64,000 nucleotides of DNA from a bacterium (GCA_031362565.1 JANLSU010000051.1:1-64000); one strand, 5' to 3'; counted from the stretch's first letter, positions 31,121-41,093 are shown. The notes: generated by a model not told the origin, from the letters alone. Numbers and translations: made by a program.

Positions 31121-31975
31121 ATGGGTTGCCGGGCGTGGCGCGGGGTCGCGTCATTGGCGCTCTGGGCGGCGTTCCTGACGTCCGGCGGCAAGGTGCAAGC
31201 GCACGAGTTCTGGCTTGCCGCCCGACCGCCGCGGGCTGCTGCCGGCGATACGGTGGAGGTGCGGGCCTTCGTCGGCACCGGATTTCGCGGTGAACTCAAG
31301 CCCTACGCCACGGCGCGCACGATCCATTTGCAATTGCGCACCGGGCGCACGATCGACCTCGCACCGGGAGCCCGCAACGGCGACCTCGCCTTTGCACACT
31401 TCATCACTCCCGATACGGGCGGGGCGCTCGTCGCGTACGAATCCAACTTCGCGTTCATCGAGCTCGCGGCGCCGAGCTTCGATCGATATTTGAAGACCGA
31501 AGGACTCGACGCCGCGGCCGCGGCGCGAACCACGGCAGGGGCGGCGAATCCCGGCCGCGAACGCTACGCGCGGTGTGCGAAGGTGTGGATTGCGGGTACG
31601 GATGCGAAGCGCGTCATCGAGCCCATGGGACAGACGATCGAGATCGTGCCGCTTGCGGATCCTGCCACCACGACACCCTTTCGATGCCGCGTACTGTACG
31701 AAGGCAAACCGCTCGCCGGCGCCTTGGTTCGCGCTTGGCGGAATCCGCAGCCCGAACGCGGCGGTGCCGAGCGCGATTCCGTACCGCCGGGTGCCGAAAC
31801 GCGCAGCGCCGCCGATGGCAGTGCGACACTGGCACTCGAGGCAGCGGGTGAATGGCTGGTCAACGCCGTGCACATGATCCCGAGCACCGATCCGGCACAA
31901 GCCGACTGGCAGAGTTACTGGGGATCGCTCGCCTTCGTCCGACCCACCAAGCCCTCCGCCCCCAAGACGAGGTAA
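31121..31975 (+). CDS. DUF4198-family periplasmic protein (Ni/Co-uptake-associated family)
   Basis: The signal peptide 'WRGVASLALWAAFLTSGGKVQA' is followed by 'HEFWL', the characteristic mature N-terminus of DUF4198. It is paired with the downstream membrane protein. Confidence 0.55.
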   Translation: MGCRAWRGVASLALWAAFLTSGGKVQAHEFWLAARPPRAAAGDTVEVRAFVGTGFRGELKPYATARTIHLQLRTGRTIDLAPGARNGDLAFAHFITPDTGGALVAYESNFAFIELAAPSFDRYLKTEGLDAAAAARTTAGAANPGRERYARCAKVWIAGTDAKRVIEPMGQTIEIVPLADPATTTPFRCRVLYEGKPLAGALVRAWRNPQPERGGAERDSVPPGAETRSAADGSATLALEAAGEWLVNAVHMIPSTDPAQADWQSYWGSLAFVRPTKPSAPKTR

Positions 31976-31980
31976 ACCGC

Positions 31981-33114
31981 GTGCGCGCTCCGTCCTTGCG
32001 CCTGGTTCTGCTGGCCGTCCTCGTCGCCATTGGTCTGGCGCCGCGCGGCGCGTCGGCCCATGCGGAGCCTTACAGTTGGATCACGGTGTGGATTCGCGAT
32101 GGCGCGCTGCACGGCCAAGTCACCGCGCACGTGTTCGATATCGCCCAAGCCATCGACGTGGCGCGGCCGGAATCGCTCCTCGTCCCCGCCTTCACGGCGC
32201 GCGAGTGCGAACGGATCCAGAACGCCATCGACGGCCTGTTCCACTTGGACTTGGACGGCAATCCGGCGGTGCCAGAGTGGCGCAGTTGCACCGTCGTGCC
32301 GGACCGCCACGGCATTACGCTCGAGTTCGACATCAAGAATGCGCGGCCGGCGCAATTGGTTCTGCACGGGCCGCTCTTCGCCTACGACCCGGCGCACGAA
32401 ACCTACTTCAACGTCTATCTCGGCGAACAGTTGGTGCACCAGGATCTGCTCGACTTCGGCCGTACCGCGAGCCCCTTCGCGACCGGTCTCTTGCAGACCA
32501 CCGGCGAGGTCATCCGCCGCTTCCTGGACGAGGGCGTACACCGGGTCTTACGCCGGCCGGAACAACTTCTGTTCGTCGCGGGACTCTTGCTCCTGGGAGG
32601 CAGCCTCAAGCGCCAGTTGGCAATCGTGGGCGTGTTCATGGTGGCGCACAGCTTCACCTTGACGCTCGCCACGCTCGGTGCGATTCAGTTGCCGGTCCGC
32701 ATCATCGACCCGATCGTCGCGCTCAGTGTCGTGTACATCGGCGCCGACAATCTTTTGCGAAGTCGCCGGGGTGAAGCCCCGGCTGGTTCGGCCGCCGTGG
32801 GTTCTGCCGGCCCGCGGTTCGCCATCGACCCCCAGTTGTGGATCGCCGGGGCATTCGGTCTCGCCCACGGTTTCGGCCTTACGAATGTGCTGCGCGAACT
32901 CGGCCCGTCACATCAAGCCCTTGGTTCATCGCTTCTCTGGTTCAACGCCGGCGTCGAAGTCGGGCAAGCGTACGTCTTCTGGCCGGTCCTCCTGTTATTC
33001 GCCGTCCTGCACTCCCGCGCGCCCCGCGTGGCACCGCGCGTCGCGATCCTTTGCAGCACGGCCCTCGTCGCCGCCGGCGCCTATCTCTTCGTACAACACA
33101 CTTTTCTTTCCTGA
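31981..33114 (+). CDS. HupE/UreJ_2-like membrane protein (putative Ni/Co transporter component)
   Basis: A GTG start immediately follows the DUF4198 stop. The signal peptide is 'RAPSLRLVLLAVLVAIGLAPRGASAHA'. A ~200-aa periplasmic domain is followed by 4-5 TM helices containing 'AHGFG' and 'VAHSF' His motifs. Confidence 0.4.
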   Translation: MRAPSLRLVLLAVLVAIGLAPRGASAHAEPYSWITVWIRDGALHGQVTAHVFDIAQAIDVARPESLLVPAFTARECERIQNAIDGLFHLDLDGNPAVPEWRSCTVVPDRHGITLEFDIKNARPAQLVLHGPLFAYDPAHETYFNVYLGEQLVHQDLLDFGRTASPFATGLLQTTGEVIRRFLDEGVHRVLRRPEQLLFVAGLLLLGGSLKRQLAIVGVFMVAHSFTLTLATLGAIQLPVRIIDPIVALSVVYIGADNLLRSRRGEAPAGSAAVGSAGPRFAIDPQLWIAGAFGLAHGFGLTNVLRELGPSHQALGSSLLWFNAGVEVGQAYVFWPVLLLFAVLHSRAPRVAPRVAILCSTALVAAGAYLFVQHTFLS

Positions 33115-33233
33115 GTTCGGCGCGCGCCACGCAAAACGGGCCCGGCGTAAACCGGGCCCGTTGGCGCGCGAAGAAACGGCGGAGGTGTCTTTCGCGGCGC
33201 GCTTTGGGTGCAACAGCCTTGGGTGTCGCGGCC

Positions 33234-35048
33234 TTACTGGGTCACCAACACCTTGTGGCTCTGCAGTGCCTGGCCGTCCACCGAGAGACGTGCGAAGTAC
33301 ATGCCGCCCGCAACCCGCGAACCGGTATCGTCGCGGCCATCCCAGCGAGTGGCAAAGGTCCCAGGCGCTGCATCTTGGTTGACCAGCGACCGCACCCGGC
33401 GTCCACGTGCATCGAACAATTCGAGCGCCACGTGGCCTTGGCGCGGCACCGTGAAGAGCAGGCGGCTCGCCGCACCGGCATCCGGGATCACGTCGAGCTT
33501 CGACTGCGGTGCCGCAGCCGCGGTGCCCGCCGTACCGTGGCTGGAGTCGACGTCGGCGTCGTCATCGTCGGCGGCAGTCGATCCATCGTCCTGCAACGTG
33601 ATCACGGCCTGGTTTTGATTGCTGGTGCCTTCGTGGCTATGATCCAGCGGGTTGTGCGGCAGCGCGACGTACGGGAAATAGGGTAGGAACGGCACGTCGT
33701 TGTAGTCGACGCCGTCACCCAACTGCCGGTTGGGCTTGATGTCGAATCCGGGCACGAGCACGCCGGCCACGACGCGCAATTCGATGTCGACGATGTCGTC
33801 GCCCAAACGGCGGCCGTTCGGGAAGCCTGCCAAGTCGCCCTTTAGGACAGCGAAACGATTCGGCTTCCGCGCCGGCGGGATGAGCATGTTGAGACGCACC
33901 ATTTCGCAAGCGCCACCGTTCTCGTTCAGGCCCGGTACACCCTTCAAGAACACCGCCACCAGATCGTTGCGCGGCGTCGGGGGCACGCTGATGCCATAGA
34001 TGGCGTGGAGCAGGCCCGGCAACTCCGGATTGGTGACGTAGTTCAGAAACGCCCCGTCGCCAGTCGGCTTGGTGGCATTGAACTTGTCTTTGTCCTGCAG
34101 CGGAATCACGACTTCATTCACGAGTGGCATGCCGAGCCGCGACACTTGCAGTTCGGGGCCGCTGATGCTGGCCGTACCGTCGGCGTTGATGATGCGGGTC
34201 GAGTTGCGCTCGGTCGAGTCGTAGATGCCGAGCACCGAAGTGCCGGCCTTCGGCGCCTGGCCGTCCCGCGTCAGGCGCTCGAACGGCACCTGTAGCACGA
34301 TCGCCATAGCGTTGTAACCGGCAAGCCCGTCGATCCCACGGCCTTTGTTCCCCGGCAGGCGGCGGATGGTGAGCAGGTCGAAGATGCCGGCCAAATCCAC
34401 GAAGAACGGATCGTCACGCGGCCCGCAAAATACCTTGGTGCCGTCCGAGAGTGTTTGCACCGCTGCCCGCGCCAGGCTCGCGTAGTCCGGCATCGACACC
34501 GGGCCGACGTAGTTCGGCGCCACCGGCAGGCCGGTCGCGAGTTCGTGGTCGACGCCATCTTCGACGCGCGTCACCGAGTAGGTCTGGCGCACGTTCAAGT
34601 CCGGGTCGTTGAGCGAGGTCACAACGCCGGTGTTGTACAGGAACGTGTTGCCGTTCTGGCGCGTCGTCGTGAAATTGAATTCATAGCGCAGGTGGTCGAG
34701 ACAGTCGCCGACGTTGTCGATGTTGACGTAGTAGTGGGCTTCGTCGTCGAACACATAGAAATTGGGACCGCCGTTGGGCTCGAGCAAGGGGATCCACAGG
34801 CCCACGAACGTCACCGCATGCGGCGCATCGGGGCTCACGAACGCGTAGAGGTCGGTGTCGTCGGCCAGGCGATCCTTCGCCGTGCCCGGCGCTTCACTGT
34901 GGCTGGACGCGATAGCGCCCCGCACGAGAACGCTGGCGCTGAGCGCAATGCCCAGGGCTAGCAGTACAAAGAGATGCAGGCCGCGCTTCAGCGCGACCGC
35001 CGCAACGCGACCACCGGTGCGTTGCAAAGGAGATGACGCGTGCTTCAT
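33234..35048 (-). CDS. DUF4331-domain secreted protein with Por/T9SS-type C-terminal sorting domain
   Basis: An RBS GGAGG lies 9 nt before the ATG. The signal peptide is 'LHLFVLLALGIALSASVL'. The mature N-terminus 'SSHSEAP...DDTDLYAF' is the DUF4331 signature. The C-terminus 'ELFDARGRRVRSLVN...WDGRDDTGSRVAGGMYFARLSVDGQALQSHKVLVTQ' matches the T9SS CTD pattern. Confidence 0.6.
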   Translation of the reverse strand: MKHASSPLQRTGGRVAAVALKRGLHLFVLLALGIALSASVLVRGAIASSHSEAPGTAKDRLADDTDLYAFVSPDAPHAVTFVGLWIPLLEPNGGPNFYVFDDEAHYYVNIDNVGDCLDHLRYEFNFTTTRQNGNTFLYNTGVVTSLNDPDLNVRQTYSVTRVEDGVDHELATGLPVAPNYVGPVSMPDYASLARAAVQTLSDGTKVFCGPRDDPFFVDLAGIFDLLTIRRLPGNKGRGIDGLAGYNAMAIVLQVPFERLTRDGQAPKAGTSVLGIYDSTERNSTRIINADGTASISGPELQVSRLGMPLVNEVVIPLQDKDKFNATKPTGDGAFLNYVTNPELPGLLHAIYGISVPPTPRNDLVAVFLKGVPGLNENGGACEMVRLNMLIPPARKPNRFAVLKGDLAGFPNGRRLGDDIVDIELRVVAGVLVPGFDIKPNRQLGDGVDYNDVPFLPYFPYVALPHNPLDHSHEGTSNQNQAVITLQDDGSTAADDDDADVDSSHGTAGTAAAAPQSKLDVIPDAGAASRLLFTVPRQGHVALELFDARGRRVRSLVNQDAAPGTFATRWDGRDDTGSRVAGGMYFARLSVDGQALQSHKVLVTQ

Positions 35049-35246
35049 ACCCAAGGGCCTCCGTAGTTCGCGAGCGCAGAGGGCGCGCGCGAGGGTGCTT
35101 CGAGCGATCGACGGCGCGCAGGGGTCAGCGCCGGGTGTCGCCGTATCTACGGAGCCCGATGCGTCCCGGATGTTGCCGATCATGCCGCAGCCGGCCGTGG
35201 GGCAAGTCCCCCACTCCCGCCGCACGATCTCGTCGAGCCCGGGGCA

Positions 35247-37484
35247 TCAGAAGCGCAAGAGATAGCTCAACTTCGTGAACAGCCGGCGCTCCGACAGAAT
35301 GGTCGGGTCGCCGGACCCCGGCGCGCCCGTGTCGTCGAGCGCCGTGTAGACATCCGTGTAGCCCACGTACACCGCAGTGCCTGGACGCACGAAGTAGGAC
35401 ATCAACACGTCGGGCGCCAGGCGCTTGCTGCGAGCCCGCGCGAAAAGGTCCGGATTGGCGAGCAACCCGTCGTAGTCGACGATGGTTCGCAGTGCCAAGG
35501 TGCGGGTGAATTGCAACGCCACCCGCAGGCGTGCCGTGTGGTGATCGAAGATCACCGCCGTGCCGGGGACACCCACTGCACCGGGCAGGGTACGGAGCCG
35601 GTTGTACAGGTATGTGCCGCGAATCTGCAGGCGCGGTGCGGGCCGCACCGTGATGTCGAACGTGCCGGTGACGACTCTCGCCGGTTCCGGTGACCGGCCC
35701 GCCGCCGGAGAAAAATTGGGCGCCACTCCAATATCGAGGGTTTCGGAGACTCCCAGGCACCGCCACCAGTTGGTGCTGGCATTGAACGTCGTGAGATGGC
35801 CGCGAATGCCTACCGCACCGCGGCGATCGAAACTTTCGACGCGGCGGCAAAAGAGCGACGTCTGGCCGCGCAAGTCGACTTGAAATGGAAATCGCACGAT
35901 CCATTCGCGCCGTCCGCCCGCATGATCCCAGCCGACTCGGAAGAACGAGTTGGGTCCGTATGCCAGCACCGGCCCGTGTCGCGGCCGCCACCGGTACTCG
36001 CCATAGTGTTCCAACAGGCGAACATCAGTGCGCGGCGAAAACCCGAGTTCGGTATGAAACTCGGGACTGCGGTCCAAGTACAGCAAGCTCACCTGTGCGC
36101 CGCGTCCGGTGCGTTTGAGGTGCACGTTCGCGGCAAGGCCCGCCGGTGATGCTCCGGAGGTGCCGGTGCGGCTCGCGGCAACCCACGCGGCCAGCGTCCA
36201 AGCCGGCCAGAGCCGGGCCCGCACATCGAGGGCCCCGACGTCGTTGGCGCGCCGCGCCAGATTCCAGTGGGTCGCGGTACCGGCGAGGGTCCAACCGGGC
36301 CGGATGACACGTTGAATGCGCGCCACGCCGATCGCCGTATTGCGTTCGCGATCGGCATCGCCCGGTTGCAGACGATGGCCCGGCGCTGCGTCGTCGGCAA
36401 TGAGCGCCCCCACGGCCCAGGCCCCGGCGCGGCCCGTGATGCGCACGCCCGCATTCGGGTCGGCGATGCGGCGCGAGAAGAACAATGTTTCGGCAGCGCC
36501 GCGGTTCAGGTCCACGGCGCCCATCTGAAAGAACCCGGCGTTTTCCAGGAAGAACGGCCGCTTCTCGGGAAAGAAAACTTCGAAGCGCTGGTTGCTCGTG
36601 ACCTGCGGTTCGTCGGATTCGATCTGACTGAAGTCCGGATTGACCGTGAGATCGAGCGCGAAGGCGTTGCGGACCACGACCTTCGCGTCGGCGCCGCCGG
36701 CGGCGTGCCGCGTCCAATCGAGCCCCGCGCCGCGCCGCGGGCGGTGCGCTTCGGCGTCGGCAACGCCGTACGGCACGATCTGCAAATCGTGCCCGGCGTC
36801 GACGCCTGCGAGCCGCACCGCGGCCAGCTGTTGCACGGTGCCCTCGACACGCCGGGTGACGGCGGGCCAAAACACCTGCTCGTTGGTGCGCGGGATGACG
36901 CGCGTCAGGCCGATCGCCCAGGTTTGCAATACGGCATGTTGGACGCGCAGGCTCTTGAATGGAATCGCGAACCGCAGCCAATAGCCGTCCGATTCGATGC
37001 GTGACTCGACGTCCCAAATGGCGTCGAAGGCGAAGTCGTCGTCTTGGCCATCGGTCAGCAACGCATCGGACTGCACGCCACGCGGATTGGCAAGAAACAG
37101 ATAGGCGTGACGCCGGTCGTGAAACGTGTCGAGAATGACGCCCGCTTGGTCGTCGCCGGCGATGGCTTCCCGGCGCGCCAGGCGCGCCCGCATTCCGTCC
37201 GGCTGAGTTTCCGCGCAATGGAAGACGACGACCAGCGTCGCACCGTCCTGCACCAGCCAGGCGCGCGTCGGTTGTGAAGCCGGCGTTCCGTCGCCGGGTT
37301 CGCGCTGTACGAAGGAGTCAACGGCCAAGCACGAGTCGCCGGCCGTGCCCGCGACCCAAGCCGCGAGCGGCGGGATGTTGCGCCGCAATGGAATCGCGGT
37401 CGTCGAGGTGTCGAACGATTGCGCCCCGGCAACGGCGACCCCGGCTGCCAGAATTCCACTCGCGCGCCCCAGATGTCGAAGCAT
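35247..37484 (-). CDS. DUF5916-like outer-membrane protein (CBM9-like N-domain + beta-barrel)
   Basis: The signal peptide 'MLRHLGRASGILAAGVAVAGAQS' is present. The block 'VNPDFSQIESDEPQVTSNQRFEVFFPEKRPFFLEN' is the hallmark of DUF5916. The C-terminal '...KLSYLLRF' ends in Phe, the OMP signature. Confidence 0.5.
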   Translation of the reverse strand: MLRHLGRASGILAAGVAVAGAQSFDTSTTAIPLRRNIPPLAAWVAGTAGDSCLAVDSFVQREPGDGTPASQPTRAWLVQDGATLVVVFHCAETQPDGMRARLARREAIAGDDQAGVILDTFHDRRHAYLFLANPRGVQSDALLTDGQDDDFAFDAIWDVESRIESDGYWLRFAIPFKSLRVQHAVLQTWAIGLTRVIPRTNEQVFWPAVTRRVEGTVQQLAAVRLAGVDAGHDLQIVPYGVADAEAHRPRRGAGLDWTRHAAGGADAKVVVRNAFALDLTVNPDFSQIESDEPQVTSNQRFEVFFPEKRPFFLENAGFFQMGAVDLNRGAAETLFFSRRIADPNAGVRITGRAGAWAVGALIADDAAPGHRLQPGDADRERNTAIGVARIQRVIRPGWTLAGTATHWNLARRANDVGALDVRARLWPAWTLAAWVAASRTGTSGASPAGLAANVHLKRTGRGAQVSLLYLDRSPEFHTELGFSPRTDVRLLEHYGEYRWRPRHGPVLAYGPNSFFRVGWDHAGGRREWIVRFPFQVDLRGQTSLFCRRVESFDRRGAVGIRGHLTTFNASTNWWRCLGVSETLDIGVAPNFSPAAGRSPEPARVVTGTFDITVRPAPRLQIRGTYLYNRLRTLPGAVGVPGTAVIFDHHTARLRVALQFTRTLALRTIVDYDGLLANPDLFARARSKRLAPDVLMSYFVRPGTAVYVGYTDVYTALDDTGAPGSGDPTILSERRLFTKLSYLLRF

Positions 37485-37566
37485 TGCGTACCGGCCCCCT
37501 TTCGCGACCGACGGCGCGGTCACGCAACGAGACTTGCACGCGCAAAGCAATGCGTCTTGAACGGTG

Positions 37567-38403
37567 TCAGCCGCGGCGTTGAACGGATGCGATCTTCGAT
37601 GGTCGAACTGCAGCGCGGTAGCGGCCGGGCGGCGTGCCGGTGATGCGGGCGAAGGAGCGGGTGAAGTGGCTCTGGTCGGCGAAGCCCGCCGCGAACGCGA
37701 TCGCGGCGAGAGACGCATCGGTTCGCAAGAGTTGGGCGCGTGCCCAGTCGACGCGCTGGCCGCGCACGAATTCGCTCGGCGTCACGCCGGCGTGGAGGCG
37801 GAAGACGCGCGTCAAATGCGCCGGATGAACCCCGGCTTTGGCCGCAAGATCGGCGACGACGAGCGGCTCGCGGTACTGGGTGCGCAACGCCTCAAGAACC
37901 GGCGCGAGCCACTCGGGACGGCCTTGCGGCAATTGCGGGCCGGCACCGCGCCCGACTTGCGCCAGAAGCTCGAGCACCAGCCCCTCGATTGCGAGGCGCG
38001 ACAGGCCGTCGTCCGCCCGGATCTCGTTGGCGAGAGCTTCAACCAACGCCGCGACCGGACCCGCGGCCACGTGCCGGATGTCCGAGAACGAGGCACCGGC
38101 GAACTGCAAACGCGACTCCGGCAACTCGACCAGCAGACAGTCCGCACCGGTCGGGCCATAGCGATTGGCGTGCACGGCGCCCGCCGGTTTGAAGAGCACG
38201 GAATGCGCCCCGCACTCGAACGTCGCGGCCGGAAAGGATTCTTCGAAGCTGCCGCGCAACACGCAGGTCAGTGACGCCGGGGCGTGCGCGTGGCGGGGCA
38301 AGGTCAGGCCGGCGGGATGCCGGGTCTCGATGACGTTCACATCGCCGGCGCGCACGCTGCGAACCAAGTCGCCCTGCGTCGTCGGCTGAAAGGCCATGGT
38401 CAC
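37567..38403 (-). CDS. AraC-family transcriptional regulator (cupin N-domain)
   Basis: The C-terminal HTH is 'LAAIAFAAGFADQSHFTRSFARITGTPPGRYR'. It overlaps the upstream ChrB-like gene by 4 nt. Confidence 0.7.
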   Translation of the reverse strand: MTMAFQPTTQGDLVRSVRAGDVNVIETRHPAGLTLPRHAHAPASLTCVLRGSFEESFPAATFECGAHSVLFKPAGAVHANRYGPTGADCLLVELPESRLQFAGASFSDIRHVAAGPVAALVEALANEIRADDGLSRLAIEGLVLELLAQVGRGAGPQLPQGRPEWLAPVLEALRTQYREPLVVADLAAKAGVHPAHLTRVFRLHAGVTPSEFVRGQRVDWARAQLLRTDASLAAIAFAAGFADQSHFTRSFARITGTPPGRYRAAVRPSKIASVQRRG

Positions 38404-39221
38404 GCCCGGCGCTTCCTAAAGGACGCGTAGAGATCATCGAACACCGCCGCGCCGCGCGCCAATCGGGTTGCATCATCGTCGTGGGCCGACGCGATTCCAC
38501 GCATCAGGGTTGCGACTCCGGCGGTCTCGGGCCGTCCAAAGCGCTCGTCCTTGCAGTCGATGTCGTGCACGATCTCGGCAATCCAGCCGATGGCCCGGTC
38601 GGCGACTCCAAACCGCTTCACCAGCGTCTGAAACGTGCACTCCTCGCCGACATGGGTGTATTCCGCTTCGAACATGTCGAAACGCAGCTCCCCGGGCGAT
38701 GGCTGGTAGCCACGCGCCGCAACGAACTTGAATTGCGCCACCGGATCGATGCAGCGGCGAATCAACCAGGCGCTCGCGATGCGATCGACGTGGACACCTT
38801 GGCGAGTCACCCACGTGCGCCCCGGTTCGACGCGTTGCGCGGCGGCTTCTTTCGCGGCGGCTTCCGGCGCGTTACCGCTCTCCGTTTCAAGCATGGCGTC
38901 CAGCTCCTCGTCTGAAATACCCTCGATGAACCCGGCTTCGACGATCAGTGCGCTGCCGCCATCGGCTTCGATCTCCTCGCGCAGCCAGTGAAAGTCTTCG
39001 ACCGCTTCGTCGGTGTGCGGCAACAGGTAGACGGTGTGCTTGAGCGCCACCGCCCCGAGCTGTCGCAACCGGCGGCGCACCTTCACCCGCAGATAGTCCG
39101 GTTTCGGCGGCACCTGGTGGATGAGGAGCAGCCAGGAGCGGGCGCTGGCGGGCTTTTTGGCTTCTGTCGCAATAGAATCATTCATTGATTCAACTGTATC
39201 AGAAGCACTGGCGGCTGTCAA
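38400..39221 (-). CDS. ChrB-like (chromate-resistance regulatory domain) protein
   Basis: 'WLLLIHQVPPKPDYLRVKVRRRLRQLGAVALKHTVYLLP' matches the ChrB N-terminal domain signature, and a rhodanese-like C-terminal region follows. Confidence 0.5.
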   Translation of the reverse strand: MTAASASDTVESMNDSIATEAKKPASARSWLLLIHQVPPKPDYLRVKVRRRLRQLGAVALKHTVYLLPHTDEAVEDFHWLREEIEADGGSALIVEAGFIEGISDEELDAMLETESGNAPEAAAKEAAAQRVEPGRTWVTRQGVHVDRIASAWLIRRCIDPVAQFKFVAARGYQPSPGELRFDMFEAEYTHVGEECTFQTLVKRFGVADRAIGWIAEIVHDIDCKDERFGRPETAGVATLMRGIASAHDDDATRLARGAAVFDDLYASFRKRRA

Positions 39222-39288
39222 CGACCGGATGACCGCGGGCGTTCGACCGATTACTCTCGCGGCAATCGCCTGGAGCTGAGCTGTTGCC

Positions 39289-40605
39289 GTGATCCGACCG
39301 AACCGAAGTCCGTCGCGCGCGATTCACCTCGCCGCCCTTCTCGGCTGCCTGCTGCGGGCCACACCGGCCGGCGCGCAAGCCGAGATGGCGAGCGCGGCGC
39401 GCGCCTTCTATCGCCAGGCGGTGCAGGCGTATCAAAAGCAAGACTTCGCCTCGGCGCGTGACCTCATGGCCCAGGCCCAAACGGCGTGGCCCAGCCAATC
39501 GGCCTACGTGCTCGGCCTGGCGACGATGTGGGCGCGGACCGGCGACAGCAAAGAGACAGCCCGCTGGCTGAACTACTACGCCGATCTTGGACTCGGGCAG
39601 GACTTGAGCCAGAACGAAGCCTTCGCGGCGGTGCGGGCAAAGCCCGCCGTGCGCCGGGCCATCGCGCGCGTCGCCGCCAATCGCCACCCCATCGCCAAGA
39701 GCAGCGTCGCCGCCCGCCTCACCGAGCCGGACTTCTTCCCCGAAGGCATTGCGAGCGACGACTCGACGCATGACTTGTACGTGGCCAGCGTGCGGCACCG
39801 AAAAATTGCCCGCGTTCGGCCCAGCGGACAGAGCGCCGATTTCGTCACCGAGGGGCAGGACGGACTCTGCGCCGTGCTCGGGGTGCGCGTCGATGCGACG
39901 CGCCGGCTGCTCTGGGCCACCACCGCCGGTATTCCACAAATGGCGGGATACACCGCTGCCGACAGCGGCCGCGGCGGTCTCTTCGCATTTGATCTCGCCA
40001 CCGGTGAACTTCGGCATCGCCTGTGGCTGCCGGCGGTGGCCAGCGGGCACATTCTGGGCGATTTACTCGTGACACCGAGCGGCGATGTGTATGCGACCGA
40101 CAGCCAAGACCCTGCCGTGTATCTCGTGCGCGCCGGGGCGGACAGCGTCGAGCAATTCCTGACGCATCCGCAGTTTCGATCGCTCCAAGGATTGGTGCTC
40201 GCACCGAACGGCGGTGCCTTGATCCTGGCGGATTATTCGCACGGCCTCTTTCGCGTCGATCTCGCATCGAAGGCCGTGCAATGGCTCGGATTCCCGGCCG
40301 GCGTGACCGTGCTCGGGCTCGACGGACTGGCGCGTGACGGACAATCGCTCGTCGCCATTCAGAACGGCGTGGCTCCGGCGCGGGTGGTGCGTCTGCGCCT
40401 CGATGCAGACGCCGGACGCGTAGTGGCGCTCGAAGTTCTCGACCGCCACCTGCCGGTCGCCGACCAACCGACCATCGGGACGCTTTCCGGGCGCGATTTC
40501 TACTACGTGGCCAACAGCCAGTGGGAGCAGTATCAAGACGACGGCCGGCTCCGCGACGGAGCCGGGCTCGAAGCGCCCGTCATTCTGCGGCTCCGAGTTC
40601 GCTAG
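39289..40605 (+). CDS. Secreted TPR plus beta-propeller (SMP-30/NHL-like) protein
   Basis: After the GTG start, the signal peptide is 'AIHLAALLGCLLRATPAGAQA'. N-terminal TPR-like helices are followed by 'DLYVAS...LWATTAG...GDVYATDS' propeller-type repeats. Confidence 0.45.
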   Translation: MIRPNRSPSRAIHLAALLGCLLRATPAGAQAEMASAARAFYRQAVQAYQKQDFASARDLMAQAQTAWPSQSAYVLGLATMWARTGDSKETARWLNYYADLGLGQDLSQNEAFAAVRAKPAVRRAIARVAANRHPIAKSSVAARLTEPDFFPEGIASDDSTHDLYVASVRHRKIARVRPSGQSADFVTEGQDGLCAVLGVRVDATRRLLWATTAGIPQMAGYTAADSGRGGLFAFDLATGELRHRLWLPAVASGHILGDLLVTPSGDVYATDSQDPAVYLVRAGADSVEQFLTHPQFRSLQGLVLAPNGGALILADYSHGLFRVDLASKAVQWLGFPAGVTVLGLDGLARDGQSLVAIQNGVAPARVVRLRLDADAGRVVALEVLDRHLPVADQPTIGTLSGRDFYYVANSQWEQYQDDGRLRDGAGLEAPVILRLRVR

Positions 40606-40630
40606 AAAACCTGAGTGGAGACTTGCGCGC

Positions 40631-41089
40631 ATGCTGTTGTCCGAGATTTTGCTGCGTGACATCGTACCGATTCTGCAGGTCGCCGTCGGGCCGGTGATTT
40701 TGATTTCCGGCATCGGCCTCTTGCTCCTATCGATGACGAATCGCTTCGGACGGGTCATCGATCGCTCACGGCAATTGTCGCTCGCATTGCGCTCGGCCGC
40801 CGGTGAAGAGCGCGCCATCGTCACGTCGCAAATCGCCATTCTCTCAACGCGGGCGCTCTTGGTACGGCGGGCGATCGTTCTCGCAACCCTGAGCGTGCTG
40901 TGTGCCGCGGTGCTCGTGATCACGCTCTTTGTCGCTGCCGTATGCGGCTGGGAAAGTGCCGTCCTGGCGGTCACGCTGTTCGTCTGCTGCCTGGTGTGCC
41001 TCATCGGGGCGCTGGTCGTGTTCCTTCAGGACATCAACCTGTCGCTCGCAGCCTTGAAGCTGGAGATCGCGGCCCGGCAGAACAATTGA
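40631..41089 (+). CDS. DUF2721-family membrane protein
   Basis: 152 aa. 'ILISGIGLLLLSMTNRFGRVIDRSRQL' matches the DUF2721 pattern. There are 3 TM helices. Confidence 0.5.
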   Translation: MLLSEILLRDIVPILQVAVGPVILISGIGLLLLSMTNRFGRVIDRSRQLSLALRSAAGEERAIVTSQIAILSTRALLVRRAIVLATLSVLCAAVLVITLFVAAVCGWESAVLAVTLFVCCLVCLIGALVVFLQDINLSLAALKLEIAARQNN

Positions 41090-41093
41090 AGCC

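Noticed and set aside
40063-41004. 313-aa minus-strand ORF
   Set aside because: Antisense to the propeller/TPR gene and the DUF2721 gene, both of which have clear signal peptides or TM helices.
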